A DNA stretch of 37,190 nt from a virus (IMGVR_UViG_3300020387_000009:1-37190), one strand, 5' to 3'. Positions 26,158-36,315 are shown, counted from the stretch's first letter. The notes: generated from the letters alone by a model not told the origin. Translations and numbers: made by a program.

Positions 26158-27722
26158 CCAGTGAGTTTGAGCGACACATACCTTGTGAAGAGTGTGGTTC
26201 ATCAGATGGCAATAGCCTTTATACAGATGGACACACCTTCTGTTTTGTTTGTCACACCTGGAAAGGCGGAGACGGCAATGTTCACAATCACAAATCAACC
26301 ACCTATGTACAACGAATGGAACCCCGAGGATTTCCGAGACGTCTTTCTAAACGAGGAATTTCTGAACGAGTCTGCGAAGAATACGGAATCCATGCAGATG
26401 GAGAACTCCTATGCTTCCATTATCGAGACAGCTCTGGACGAGTTATTGGAATAAAAACTAAAACTAAAAACAAAGAGTTTAGATACGAAGGAGAATCTGA
26501 CGGAAAATTTTTTGGCCAACACCTATTCCGACATAAAGGGAAAAGGATGGTCATATGTGAAGGCGAATTAGATGCGGCTACATGTAGAGAAGCATTCCCA
26601 ACATGGGAAGCTGTTTCCCTTCCTTATGGTGCAGCCGCTGCTAAGAAATCAATCAAACATAACTATGAATGGTTAGAGAATTGGGATGAAGTTGTTCTAT
26701 TCTTTGATCATGATGATGCTGGTCGTAAAGCAACACAAGAAGCAGCAAGTGTATTGCCACCTGGCAAAATAAAGATCGCTGATTTAAAAGGATATAAAGA
26801 TGCTTCAGAGGCTGCTCAAGACGACAATCTTGAAGCAGTACGTCAAGCTATCTGGAATGCACAGGTCTATAAACCTGATGGCATTGTTGATGGTAAGACA
26901 TTACTTTCACTTGTCATTGAACCACAACAAGATTGCATTCATGAGTATCCATACGCAGGATTACAAGAGAAACTACAAGGGGTCAGGGCGGGAGAGCTTG
27001 TCACGATTACTAGTGGAACTGGTCAAGGAAAATCATCCTTATGCCGTGAATTTGCAGCTCACTTCCTCAGTAAAGGGGAACGAGTTGGCTATGTGGCACT
27101 TGAAGAGTCAAATAGACGAACAGCACTCGGACTAATGTCCGCTGCTTGCGGTAAACAATTTCACATAGGTAATCATGAACGATCTGATCTCACCGAGGCT
27201 TATCAAAGCACTCTTGCTGAGTGGAACCTCTTTCTTTTTGATGGCTTTGGGTCTTTTGATCCTGATAACATCATCTCCCGAATTCGCTACCTCGCTGCAG
27301 GACTTGACTGCAGGGTTGTATTTCTAGATCACCTCTCAATCCTGTTGTCAGGATTAGATGGAGACGAACGCAAAATGATAGATAACACCATGACTAAGCT
27401 CAGGTCACTGTGTGAAGAGACTGGTATTTCTATGTTTTTAGTATCACATTTACGGAGAACACAAGGTGACAGAGGACACGAAGATGGAGCAAAAGTATCA
27501 CTTGGACAGTTGCGTGGAAGCCACTCTATTAGCCAAATCTCTGACGCAGTCATTGGACTCGAACGGGATCAACAGAGTGGAGATGAACACGCTGATACAA
27601 CTGTGCGAGTCCTTAAAAATCGCTTTACTGGCGAGACGGGCGTCGCATGTCAATTGAAGTACGACAAAGAAAAGTGCAAGTTCTATGAAACAGAAACCTT
27701 CAACGCAAACCCAGATTTTTGA
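26154..27722 (+). CDS. primase/helicase (gp4)
   Basis: CEECGSSD..FCFVC Zn ribbon, EGELDA TOPRIM, SGTGQGKS, LDHLSI, LRGS, KNRFTG. Confidence 0.97.
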   Translation: MTSEFERHIPCEECGSSDGNSLYTDGHTFCFVCHTWKGGDGNVHNHKSTTYVQRMEPRGFPRRLSKRGISERVCEEYGIHADGELLCFHYRDSSGRVIGIKTKTKNKEFRYEGESDGKFFGQHLFRHKGKRMVICEGELDAATCREAFPTWEAVSLPYGAAAAKKSIKHNYEWLENWDEVVLFFDHDDAGRKATQEAASVLPPGKIKIADLKGYKDASEAAQDDNLEAVRQAIWNAQVYKPDGIVDGKTLLSLVIEPQQDCIHEYPYAGLQEKLQGVRAGELVTITSGTGQGKSSLCREFAAHFLSKGERVGYVALEESNRRTALGLMSAACGKQFHIGNHERSDLTEAYQSTLAEWNLFLFDGFGSFDPDNIISRIRYLAAGLDCRVVFLDHLSILLSGLDGDERKMIDNTMTKLRSLCEETGISMFLVSHLRRTQGDRGHEDGAKVSLGQLRGSHSISQISDAVIGLERDQQSGDEHADTTVRVLKNRFTGETGVACQLKYDKEKCKFYETETFNANPDF

Positions 27723-27861
27723 TTCACCGCATCAACAAGCAATTTTAACTAAGCCTAATCCTCCCACTGAAGAGATGGTTAAGCGAGCACAATTTACCGA
27801 CAAAACTTACATTTGGAAACATGCTGGTGTTCGACCTAGAGACGGACGGTCTACTGAATGA
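27685..27861 (+). CDS. possible 58-aa protein bridging gp4 and gp5 (not in ORF track)
   Basis: ...KPNPPTEEMVKRAQFTDKTYIW...; covers the otherwise empty gap. Confidence 0.4.
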   Translation: MKQKPSTQTQIFDSPHQQAILTKPNPPTEEMVKRAQFTDKTYIWKHAGVRPRDGRSTE

Positions 27862-28336
27862 TGTTACCTGCATCCACTGTTTGGTTATCTACGATTCTGA
27901 GACTGACCAGACGTTTGTTTACAACGACAAAGGTTCTGAAGAACCGGTTGTTCGGGGTATTCAAATACTTGAAGAAGCAGATATTATCTGCGGACACAAT
28001 GTCATTTCTTATGACATACCTGTCATCGAAAAGATTTACCCGTGGTTTAAATGTACCTCCCTGGTCGTAGATACTCTTTTGTTATCACGTCTTTATCATG
28101 CAAACATGGTGGAGCACGATAAGAAATTAAATAACAGCAGAATGCCACTGCAACTACGTGGTAGACACTCACTTGAATCCTATGGTTACAGATTAGGAGA
28201 ATACAAAGGGGAGTTTGGTAAGACCACTGATTGGAAAGAGTGGTCACAAGAAATGCAGGACTACTGCATACAAGATGTCAACGTAACTAAAACACTATGC
28301 GATTACTTCCGCCCCTTCCTGAGTGGGTCGAGCTAG
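27821..28336 (+). CDS. DNA polymerase 3'-5' exonuclease domain (gp5 N-terminal part)
   Basis: VFDLETDG, GHNVISYD, DTLLLSRL, YCIQDV. Confidence 0.9.
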   Translation: MLVFDLETDGLLNDVTCIHCLVIYDSETDQTFVYNDKGSEEPVVRGIQILEEADIICGHNVISYDIPVIEKIYPWFKCTSLVVDTLLLSRLYHANMVEHDKKLNNSRMPLQLRGRHSLESYGYRLGEYKGEFGKTTDWKEWSQEMQDYCIQDVNVTKTLCDYFRPFLSGSS

Positions 28337-29622
28337 AGCACGAAGTCGCAAAGATCCTCACTAAACAAGAACAACATGGCTGGTATTTCGATGAAAGGGC
28401 TGCATGGAAACTTGCATCGTCTCTCCAACAGGAACTTCAAGATCTTGAAAAGATACTTCGCGCACGACACTCTTACGTCGCAGGAAATCGATTCACTCCA
28501 AAGCGAGATAACAAAACTAGCGGCTACATCAAAGGTACAGGACGAATAGAACGTCACAAACATTGTGGCGAATTAATTGATATTGAAGAATGTTCCTTCA
28601 CTCGACTAAAAGAACTTAACCCTACATCTCGCGATCATATCTCATGGATATTGCAAACATTTTATGGTTGGAAGCCAACCCAGATGACACCTACTGGGAA
28701 GCCTATCGTCGACGAAGTTATTCTGACAGAGATTGCATCAGAGATTTCTACGATGTTTGCGAGATGTTTGACGGTAACCAAAATGCTTGGCACCCTCTCG
28801 AACGGCACGAACGCTTGGCTGAGGCTGAGTACGACATCTAATCGCATCCACCATCACTGTTCAGTTGCTACATCTACACATAGATGTGCACATCGTAAAC
28901 CAAATCTAGCGGCCGTAAACAGTAACAATGAATTTAGAAAGTTATTTACAGCATCCCCTGGTCAAGTCATGGTGGGTGCCGATCTTAGTGGTATCGAACT
29001 TAGGATGCTCGCCCATTACCTCGCTAAATATGATGGAGGACGCTATGCAGAAATCCTCCTCAATGGAGACATCCATCAAGTCAACGCTGACCGAATTGGA
29101 ATCAGTAGAAGACAAGTTAAAACAATCACTTACGCATTCCTCTACGGTGCTGGAAACACCAAAATTGGACATACCTTTGACCCTCAACTAAGTGAATGGC
29201 ACGCAGGAAGAAAAGGTGGCCAGATTCGTAGAGCATTTGTTTCTGCCATTGACGGATTGTCTGATCTTTTAGATGCTATTGAAATAGCTGCTAAACGCAA
29301 GTGGATGCAATCAATTGATGGTCGGAAGATCATTCTTGATAGTCCTCACAAAGCACTGAACTATTTGCTTCAGTCAGGAGCCGGAGTTATTGCTAAGCGT
29401 TGGCTCGTTATCAATCAACAAAACATTAAACAACTAGGGCTGTGTGCATCACAGCTCGCATTTATACATGACGAATTACAGTTCGAGTGCGAACCGAGAG
29501 ACGCAAAAGACTTGGGTTCATCCTTGGTACTTAGCGCAGCAGAAGCTGGAGAGTTCTACAAACTTCGAGTGCCGATCGCAGCAGAAGCAAAAACCGGAGT
29601 CAACTGGGCGGAGGTACATTGA
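28297..29622 (+). CDS. family A DNA polymerase domain (gp5 C-terminal part)
   Basis: DLSGIELR, KTITYAFLYG, IHDE. Confidence 0.95.
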   Translation: MRLLPPLPEWVELEHEVAKILTKQEQHGWYFDERAAWKLASSLQQELQDLEKILRARHSYVAGNRFTPKRDNKTSGYIKGTGRIERHKHCGELIDIEECSFTRLKELNPTSRDHISWILQTFYGWKPTQMTPTGKPIVDEVILTEIASEISTMFARCLTVTKMLGTLSNGTNAWLRLSTTSNRIHHHCSVATSTHRCAHRKPNLAAVNSNNEFRKLFTASPGQVMVGADLSGIELRMLAHYLAKYDGGRYAEILLNGDIHQVNADRIGISRRQVKTITYAFLYGAGNTKIGHTFDPQLSEWHAGRKGGQIRRAFVSAIDGLSDLLDAIEIAAKRKWMQSIDGRKIILDSPHKALNYLLQSGAGVIAKRWLVINQQNIKQLGLCASQLAFIHDELQFECEPRDAKDLGSSLVLSAAEAGEFYKLRVPIAAEAKTGVNWAEVH

Positions 29623-29963
29623 GCAGGACTGACGACAGTAGAACAGGTGACATTAGTGAATCTATAGTAGAAACAGGAGCTTGGCTAAGAGGTGCTGAAG
29701 TTTTTCCTAACAAAGGATGCACTGGTGCTACAGATATTATCTTAAAAATCAAAGGAATTTTGGTTGAGATCGATGTTAAAACCGAAACCCGTAAGAGCTG
29801 GAAAGGTAGAAATTGGTGGGGTATACCGAAATCCACTAAAGTTGAAGGTGTCTATATGGTAGTCGTTAATCCTGTTACACATAGAATAAGATGGCGTAAA
29901 AGCGGCAGAGGCAGAAGTCAAACAATTGATTGTCCACTAGGTTTGGAGGATTTCTGGGATTGA
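29619..29963 (+). CDS. PD-(D/E)xK endonuclease, possibly homing
   Basis: GDISE...TDII....EIDVKT. Confidence 0.7.
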   Translation: MSRTDDSRTGDISESIVETGAWLRGAEVFPNKGCTGATDIILKIKGILVEIDVKTETRKSWKGRNWWGIPKSTKVEGVYMVVVNPVTHRIRWRKSGRGRSQTIDCPLGLEDFWD

Positions 29964-30730
29964 AACTACTGGTAGACGCAGACTTTATTGTCTATAAATC
30001 CTGCGCTGCCGCTGAAACAGAAATCAATTGGGGTGATGATGTCATCCTAGTAACCAGTAGGTTCAGTGCAGCGTACAACAATGTTCTAAAAGAACTAAAT
30101 AGAATTAGAAATACATTTATGTGGGATGAGCCTGAGCTGATCCTATTCTTTAGTGACTCAAAGAATTTTAGGAAGAAAATTTTTACCGAATACAAAGGTC
30201 ACCGAAATCGTAAGAAACCGTGTGGCTATCGAAGAGTTATTAAAGAACTAACTAATGAGTATGAAGTAATCAGGATGCCAGAGCTGGAAGCTGATGATGC
30301 CATGGGTATCTACGCTACTGATAACCCTGGCAACATTATTGTTAGTCCTGATAAAGACATGCGTCAGATTCCTGGTCGTCTTTATAACTTTGACGAGACA
30401 GTAATGATCACACCTGAGGAAGGTGCTAAGTGGCATCTTATTCAGACACTTGCTGGTGACCAGACAGATGGTTACAGCGGTGTCCCTGGCATTGGTGTGA
30501 AACGTGCAGTTGCTTTGTTTGATAACGACGGGTACAGCTGGGAGACAGTCGTCAAAGCATTTGCTGACAAGGATCTTGGTGAAGACGCTGCCTTAATGAA
30601 CGCACGCTTAGCACGAATCCTTACCAGTAATGATTATGACTCAATCAATAGAACCGTTATTCCTTGGACCCCCAGCTCCTGTTACACAGTTGACGATGGA
30701 GCAGGAGTTCAAGATGAGGAGACTAGATGA
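29960..30730 (+). CDS. 5'-3' exonuclease (gp6)
   Basis: LLVDAD, YKGHR, LEADD, SPDKD, GDQTDGYSGVPGIG; TTG start. Confidence 0.95.
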   Translation: MKLLVDADFIVYKSCAAAETEINWGDDVILVTSRFSAAYNNVLKELNRIRNTFMWDEPELILFFSDSKNFRKKIFTEYKGHRNRKKPCGYRRVIKELTNEYEVIRMPELEADDAMGIYATDNPGNIIVSPDKDMRQIPGRLYNFDETVMITPEEGAKWHLIQTLAGDQTDGYSGVPGIGVKRAVALFDNDGYSWETVVKAFADKDLGEDAALMNARLARILTSNDYDSINRTVIPWTPSSCYTVDDGAGVQDEETR

Positions 30731-30872
30731 TCTCCTACCCAAAGCTGACAAAGAAGATCTAATCACTATCTTTGTTGCTTTACAACGACAGAACTTTGTC
30801 CTTTCAAATACTGTTAGTAACTTAGTAAAACAATGGCCAACCACCCTACCCACTACTGTCGCGGATCAATAG
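30636..30872 (+). CDS. nblA: NblA-like phycobilisome degradation protein
   Basis: LTMEQEFKMR...LQRQNFVLSN..NLVKQW; overlaps the 3' end of the exonuclease. Confidence 0.7.
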   Translation: MTQSIEPLFLGPPAPVTQLTMEQEFKMRRLDDLLPKADKEDLITIFVALQRQNFVLSNTVSNLVKQWPTTLPTTVADQ

Positions 30873-31126
30873 AAGTCTGGGACTTTATCCGCGATCAAGG
30901 TCTCAATTATCATCGAGGCAATGCTATTAAATATATTTGCCGTGCCGGTTTCAAAGGTACTGGAACCGAGATTGAAGACATTAAAAAAGCTATCCACTAC
31001 CTTGAAGATGAACTACATGCATTGCAGAAAAATGAGCCTGAGCGACCAAGCTCAACAATTCCGTTCCGCGTACGGCGTCCAGAATGGGATGAAGAATCGC
31101 ACGATGCAATTAAATTTGATCGCTGA
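30833..31126 (+). CDS. DUF3310 / T7 gp1.7-like protein
   Basis: HPTHY..G.IE......GNAIKY..RAG.K....EDIKKA..YL. Confidence 0.85.
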   Translation: MANHPTHYCRGSIEVWDFIRDQGLNYHRGNAIKYICRAGFKGTGTEIEDIKKAIHYLEDELHALQKNEPERPSSTIPFRVRRPEWDEESHDAIKFDR

Positions 31127-31382
31127 AGAATATCAAGAGTTTCGCATGTCAATGCGTGAGGGATTTGCTTCTGAATTAAAGGAGCTAGCTGACCTTGTAT
31201 ATGTCTGTTTTCAATACGCCGAAAACATGGAATGGGATTTAGAGGAAGCTTTGGATCGTGTCCATGAATCAAACATGTCCAAGCTTGGACTAGATGGTAA
31301 GCCCATCCGCCGCTCAGACGGCAAGGTCTTGAAAGGACCTAAATACCAACCACCTAATTTGACTGATCTTGTTAATGGCTGA
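31032..31382 (+). CDS. MazG-like NTP pyrophosphohydrolase
   Basis: LIAEEYQE, KELADLVYV, VHESNMSK, DGKVLKGP. Confidence 0.85.
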   Translation: MSLSDQAQQFRSAYGVQNGMKNRTMQLNLIAEEYQEFRMSMREGFASELKELADLVYVCFQYAENMEWDLEEALDRVHESNMSKLGLDGKPIRRSDGKVLKGPKYQPPNLTDLVNG

Positions 31383-32745
31383 ACTTATTTCTAGAACTGG
31401 ACGTGTCCAATCTTGGATCGATGATCCAGATGGTCGTCTTCCCGTGTCGTGCACGGTATTTGTAGTTGAAGATTCAATGGAAGGTTCTGATGGGCTGGAA
31501 GCTAGCTGGAGGTTCGCCAGTCACGCCCTCAGAAATGGAGCAGGAGTTGCCATCCACCTCAGCAAACTCCGACCAAAAGGAGACGATAATGGCAAAGGGC
31601 TTGTTGCCTCTGGTCCTGTCTCGTTCGGGAAAATCTATTCTACTTTGAATGAGATTTTAAGACGGGGTGGGCGTTATAAAAATGGTGCAATTGTTTTACA
31701 TCTTGATGCAAATTCTGCTGACATCGAAGAGTTTATTGATGCACCACGTGAACAACTACCTTGGGTTAAACGTTGTGTTGATATTACTCAAGAATGGTGG
31801 GATGAGCTGAAGGATGTTACACGTATCAAACTTATTGAAGGGATGAAGCGTGGCGATATTTGGCTAAACAAAGTTAAATACGACAAAGAAGGAGAACGTA
31901 TCTATGGCAATGTCTGCCTTGAAGTTTACTTGCGATCACGCGGAACGTGCTTGTTGCAACATATCAATCTCGCAGCCTGTGAATTCGACACAATCAATAC
32001 CGCTTTTGTTCAAGGTATGCAGGAATTGTGTCTACTCCACGCTCGAACTGGTGTCGACAATAGTGGAGAATACCTCTCACCTGAAACCGACAGACAAGTT
32101 GGACTCGGAATGCTCGGACTTGCCAACCTCCTACGAAGGTACGGTATAACCTACAAACAATTTGGTGATGGACTAGAGCAATATGTCAATGGTGAAGTGA
32201 AAGCATCACCTGCTTATGAGCTAGCTAAGTGCCTTGCTGAAGGCATTGATGCAGCTGCTGCTGTAGCTCGTGCCCATCGTATGGTCCGAGCTTTCGCTAT
32301 CGCACCCACAGCGTCTTGTAGCTATCGCTCACAGGACTTGGATGGCTACACATCTACCCCTGAAATTGCACCACCTATTGCACGTACTGTTGACAGAGAC
32401 AGTGGCACATTTGGTGTACAAACATATAACTACGGTGACGTAGAAATTGCCTCTGCAGTCGGATGGGAGGCATTCAAGAAAGTATCCGACAACATTATGA
32501 TTTTGTTGGATAGGACTGGACTTCTTCACGGATACTCTCAGAACTGGTGGTCAGATATGGTCACCATGGATAATGGGTTTATTGAAGAGTGGCTGCAATC
32601 GCCCCAGACATCCCTTTACTACAGCCTACAAGTAATGGGCGACGTACAGGATAAGTCAAGCGCGTATGCAGCTTTGGATGAAACTGAGGTCAACGATTAC
32701 TTGGAGGATCTTTTAAAAGAACCTGAATGTGATTGTCAAGAATGA
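31375..32745 (+). CDS. nrdA: ribonucleotide reductase alpha subunit, compact cyanopodovirus type
   Basis: PVSCTV, NVCLE, GTC, IAPTASCS, C-terminal CDC. Confidence 0.85.
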   Translation: MAELISRTGRVQSWIDDPDGRLPVSCTVFVVEDSMEGSDGLEASWRFASHALRNGAGVAIHLSKLRPKGDDNGKGLVASGPVSFGKIYSTLNEILRRGGRYKNGAIVLHLDANSADIEEFIDAPREQLPWVKRCVDITQEWWDELKDVTRIKLIEGMKRGDIWLNKVKYDKEGERIYGNVCLEVYLRSRGTCLLQHINLAACEFDTINTAFVQGMQELCLLHARTGVDNSGEYLSPETDRQVGLGMLGLANLLRRYGITYKQFGDGLEQYVNGEVKASPAYELAKCLAEGIDAAAAVARAHRMVRAFAIAPTASCSYRSQDLDGYTSTPEIAPPIARTVDRDSGTFGVQTYNYGDVEIASAVGWEAFKKVSDNIMILLDRTGLLHGYSQNWWSDMVTMDNGFIEEWLQSPQTSLYYSLQVMGDVQDKSSAYAALDETEVNDYLEDLLKEPECDCQE

Positions 32746-33455
32746 ACCCTTATCAGAAACTACTAAACAGAAAAAGAAAATGGACACCAGTACAGGTGAG
32801 TGCTGGTACATGCAAGGAAGGTGCGGAGGCGACGATACACCGTGCACTTGCCTTGAGACATATGGAACTACCTGTGGGAGATTTTATCCGTGATGCGTTG
32901 GCTACCGAAGTACCAGAGGCGGCGCGTAGCCTCCTTCAATCCAATATCACAGACGAAGAAAATCACGACGTCGCACTTGGTTACATTGCCAATGCTTACG
33001 GTGTTGATGAAAAGGCTGAGGCTGAAGCGCTTCGGCTACGTGAAGCTTGGATGGCACATCCTGATCACACGATTACCAAAGCGATGGTTGCCGAGCGTGC
33101 GATTTTCTTCGTTCTTCTACCATTCTTCCGCTTTACTGGTGACGCTGGAATGAGAACAACATCTGCAGATATAAGTAGAGATGAACAAATTCATGTTGCT
33201 ACCAATAGTCTTGTTTGTCGGGAGCTGGGGCTTAATATCTCTCCTAGTCTTGATAAGCTCCGCTTGGCCACGATTAACTGGGTGATGCAACCATTAGGTC
33301 GTAGCTCAGATAAATATTTGGACAAACAATTTTGGCTTGACTCTAGTGATCGCTTGATGTACGAGGGTAAAGCACCACAACTTTCTGAAACTAAAGCAGG
33401 ACGTATGCCTGCATTCTTTGAGCACAGTAATGTTAACCTCCCCCAATATGCTTGA
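32742..33455 (+). CDS. nrdB: ribonucleotide reductase beta subunit (ferritin-like)
   Basis: DEENH and DEQIH metal motifs; adjacent to the alpha subunit. Confidence 0.75.
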   Translation: MNPYQKLLNRKRKWTPVQVSAGTCKEGAEATIHRALALRHMELPVGDFIRDALATEVPEAARSLLQSNITDEENHDVALGYIANAYGVDEKAEAEALRLREAWMAHPDHTITKAMVAERAIFFVLLPFFRFTGDAGMRTTSADISRDEQIHVATNSLVCRELGLNISPSLDKLRLATINWVMQPLGRSSDKYLDKQFWLDSSDRLMYEGKAPQLSETKAGRMPAFFEHSNVNLPQYA

Positions 33456-33615
33456 AACAATGGGTATGGAACTCCGCGCCTTAAGTGTGCAAATGGAAGA
33501 ACAGTTTCCTAATATTACCCCCATGCCCGGAGATTCAATTGAAAAGATTATGTATAGATCTGGTCAGCGCTCTGTTGTGGAGTGGTTATTAAACCGTTTA
33601 GAAGGAGACGACTAA
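33418..33615 (+). CDS. conserved small T7-like protein
   Basis: FP....IMYRSGQRSVVEW. Confidence 0.7.
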   Translation: MSTVMLTSPNMLETMGMELRALSVQMEEQFPNITPMPGDSIEKIMYRSGQRSVVEWLLNRLEGDD

Positions 33616-33616
33616 C

Positions 33617-34183
33617 ATGTCTAGAAAAATCCGCTACAACAAAATTAAATTAAATCCTAGGAAGCCCACTATTAAAGATTTAAACAGAGTCTTTAATAAG
33701 ATCCTAGTCCCTTCGTATACTAAACAAAAATTCAAAATCGATCTTGGAGGAATACCAAGTAAGGAAAAATCAAAAACACCACCGGAGGTGCGTGAAAAGT
33801 ATGAACAAATATTTGCTGCGGAGCATGGTCTTGATCCTCTAGTGGTAGCTAATCTTGATGAAGATAGATTAGGTATTCCTGAATCAGAAAAGATTCCCGG
33901 AAAAGACAAACCTGAGACAATTAAAGCGAGCAAGCAGATTATAAAACCATTGAAACTTGGTGTTGATAGAAGGGTGACTTTCACAACTGACAAAAACGAA
34001 GTGATTGTCTTTAATCCCAAGAAGATGTTCCTTAACCAGAACAAAAAATTTGAATCTATCACGGGAAAATATAAAGCTAAAAGAGTAGAGAAACGTACTG
34101 ATATTCAGCCTTTAAATATAACTGCTTCACCAATTACTTTGACAATGCCCTCTGTTGGTGTTGCGCCCGATTCTGTACTGTAA
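33617..34183 (+). CDS. Lys-rich hypothetical protein
   Basis: 188-aa ORF, tightly packed. Confidence 0.65.
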   Translation: MSRKIRYNKIKLNPRKPTIKDLNRVFNKILVPSYTKQKFKIDLGGIPSKEKSKTPPEVREKYEQIFAAEHGLDPLVVANLDEDRLGIPESEKIPGKDKPETIKASKQIIKPLKLGVDRRVTFTTDKNEVIVFNPKKMFLNQNKKFESITGKYKAKRVEKRTDIQPLNITASPITLTMPSVGVAPDSVL

Positions 34184-34185
34184 CT

Positions 34186-34776
34186 ATGGCTAAAAACGAT
34201 AAACCAAAACTTGGCATCCAAAAACGACTAACGAGATTTTTAAAAGATGACGACCTATCCACAAAGGATATTCGTAAACTTTATAGGAGTGCTACCAATA
34301 AAGGATTTACTGGTAGTTCAGGTAGGTTCGGTAAATTAGTATCTAAGAAGGGTTTAAGGATTAATAAGAAAGCTGGAGGGCTTGATCGTAGTTTTATTAC
34401 CGACACAGTTGATTCCATTTTGGCCAAAAAGGACAAGGAAGTAGTCCCAGAAACTACACCTATTGATCCTACAATCGCTGAACTACCTGATATTGGAGGA
34501 AAATTAGATGATCTTATTTCTAGCATCAATGTTCCTAGCTCTAATACTGTTATCAATAAGTATGATAAAGATACATCTGATTTAGAAAATCGTCTTAAAG
34601 AAATGCAAAATGCTGCGAGTCAATTTGCTATGAATGATGCAAGCTTTGTCGGCGGTAAGAATGCTGCTGGTGTTAGGTTGCGTCGGTCTAAAAAATATAG
34701 AAGCGGCAACTTTGCACAAGGTACTCAACAATTAAATAGAAAGATGCTTTCACGTATTAAAGGAGTCAATATCTAA
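34186..34776 (+). CDS. basic putative virion protein (gp6.7/7.3 position)
   Basis: C-terminal GVRL.R....GT.QL.R...VNI directly before the portal. Confidence 0.6.
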   Translation: MAKNDKPKLGIQKRLTRFLKDDDLSTKDIRKLYRSATNKGFTGSSGRFGKLVSKKGLRINKKAGGLDRSFITDTVDSILAKKDKEVVPETTPIDPTIAELPDIGGKLDDLISSINVPSSNTVINKYDKDTSDLENRLKEMQNAASQFAMNDASFVGGKNAAGVRLRRSKKYRSGNFAQGTQQLNRKMLSRIKGVNI

Positions 34777-36308
34777 TGAACGCTAGAGAACGGTATGATG
34801 TTCTTAGTAGTGATCGTTCTCAATTTCTAAACATAGCTGAACAAGCTTCTGAACTTACTTTACCTTATCTTATTCATCAAGATGAGACATATACTAAAAG
34901 TGCTAGAAGTCTTGTTACTCCATATCAAAGCGTAGGAGCCAAAGGTGTGGTTACTTTAGCAAGTAAATTAATGCTTGCTACTTTACCTCCACAAACTAGC
35001 TTCTTTAAACTACAAGTTGATGAGTCGATGCTAGGTAAGATTGCTGATCCATCAATGAAGTCAGAGCTTGACCTTTCATTTGCAAAAATTGAACGTACAA
35101 TACTTGATGCTATTGCAGCATCAGATGATCGTGTCATTGTTCATCAAGCTCTAAAGCATCTAGTTGTTGCTGGTAATGCTCTTATCTTTATGGGTAAGGA
35201 GGGTTTAAAACTTTATCCTCTTAATAGATTTGTTGTAGACCGGGATGGAAGTGGTAATGTAATTGAAATTGTAACTAAAGAACGTCTCAGTAAAAAACTA
35301 ATAGAAGAGACTTATGACATTAAACCTGAACAACCTAACGATGTACAAGGTTATTATGCAGGTGACGATGACGTAGATATTTATACTCATGTCAAAAGAG
35401 ATAAGGGTAAGATGATTTGGCACCAAGAGGTGTACGACAAGCTTATTCCTGATACTCGTGGAAAGGCTCCACTTAACACTAACCCTTGGATACCTCTTAG
35501 GTTTGCGACAGTTGATGGTGAAGCGTATGGACGTGGGAGAGTAGAAGAGTTTATTGGAGACCTAAAAAGTTTAGAAGGTCTTTCTCAAGCTTTAGTAGAA
35601 GGATCTGCAGCTGCAGCTAAAGTTGTATTTACTGTGTCACCTTCTAGTACGACCAAAGCATCTACACTTGCTAAGGCAGGTAATGGTGCAATTATCCAAG
35701 GCCGTCCTGATGATATCGGTGTTGTACAAGTTGGTAAGGGTGCTGATTTTGCTACGGCATTTCAGATGATCCAAACTCTTGAGCGTCGATTGTCAGAAGC
35801 ATTCTTAATTATGAATGTAAGAGATAGCGAACGTACTACCGCTGAAGAGGTACGGATGACTCAAATGGAACTAGAAGCACAACTCGGTGGTTTGTTCAGT
35901 CTTCTGACCATTGATTTCCTTGTTCCTTATTTAAATAGAAAACTATCTATTTATCAACAGACTGGAGAAATTCCAAAGATACCTAAAGGTATTGTCAAAC
36001 CTACAATTGTTGCTGGTATCAATGCACTTGGACGTGGTCAAGATCGTGAAAGTCTAGGACAGTTCTTAGGCACAATTGCACAGACCATGGGTCCAGAGGC
36101 TATCGCTCAGTATATTAATCCAGAGGAAGTCGTAAAACGATTAGCAGCTGCACAAGGAATTGATCCTCTTAATCTAATTAAATCGGCTAAAGATGTTCAG
36201 CAAGAGCAAGCTGCAGCTATGGAACAACAAAAACAAATGGAACTTACTAAGCAACAAGGTAAGTTTGCACAAGTAGAGCAGCAAGCAGCTGCACAACAAC
36301 AACAGTAA
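34776..36308 (+). CDS. portal / head-tail connector (gp8)
   Basis: QSVGAKGV..LASKL, YGRGRVEE, ERTTAEEVR. Confidence 0.97.
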   Translation: MNARERYDVLSSDRSQFLNIAEQASELTLPYLIHQDETYTKSARSLVTPYQSVGAKGVVTLASKLMLATLPPQTSFFKLQVDESMLGKIADPSMKSELDLSFAKIERTILDAIAASDDRVIVHQALKHLVVAGNALIFMGKEGLKLYPLNRFVVDRDGSGNVIEIVTKERLSKKLIEETYDIKPEQPNDVQGYYAGDDDVDIYTHVKRDKGKMIWHQEVYDKLIPDTRGKAPLNTNPWIPLRFATVDGEAYGRGRVEEFIGDLKSLEGLSQALVEGSAAAAKVVFTVSPSSTTKASTLAKAGNGAIIQGRPDDIGVVQVGKGADFATAFQMIQTLERRLSEAFLIMNVRDSERTTAEEVRMTQMELEAQLGGLFSLLTIDFLVPYLNRKLSIYQQTGEIPKIPKGIVKPTIVAGINALGRGQDRESLGQFLGTIAQTMGPEAIAQYINPEEVVKRLAAAQGIDPLNLIKSAKDVQQEQAAAMEQQKQMELTKQQGKFAQVEQQAAAQQQQ

Positions 36309-36315
36309 ACCACCT

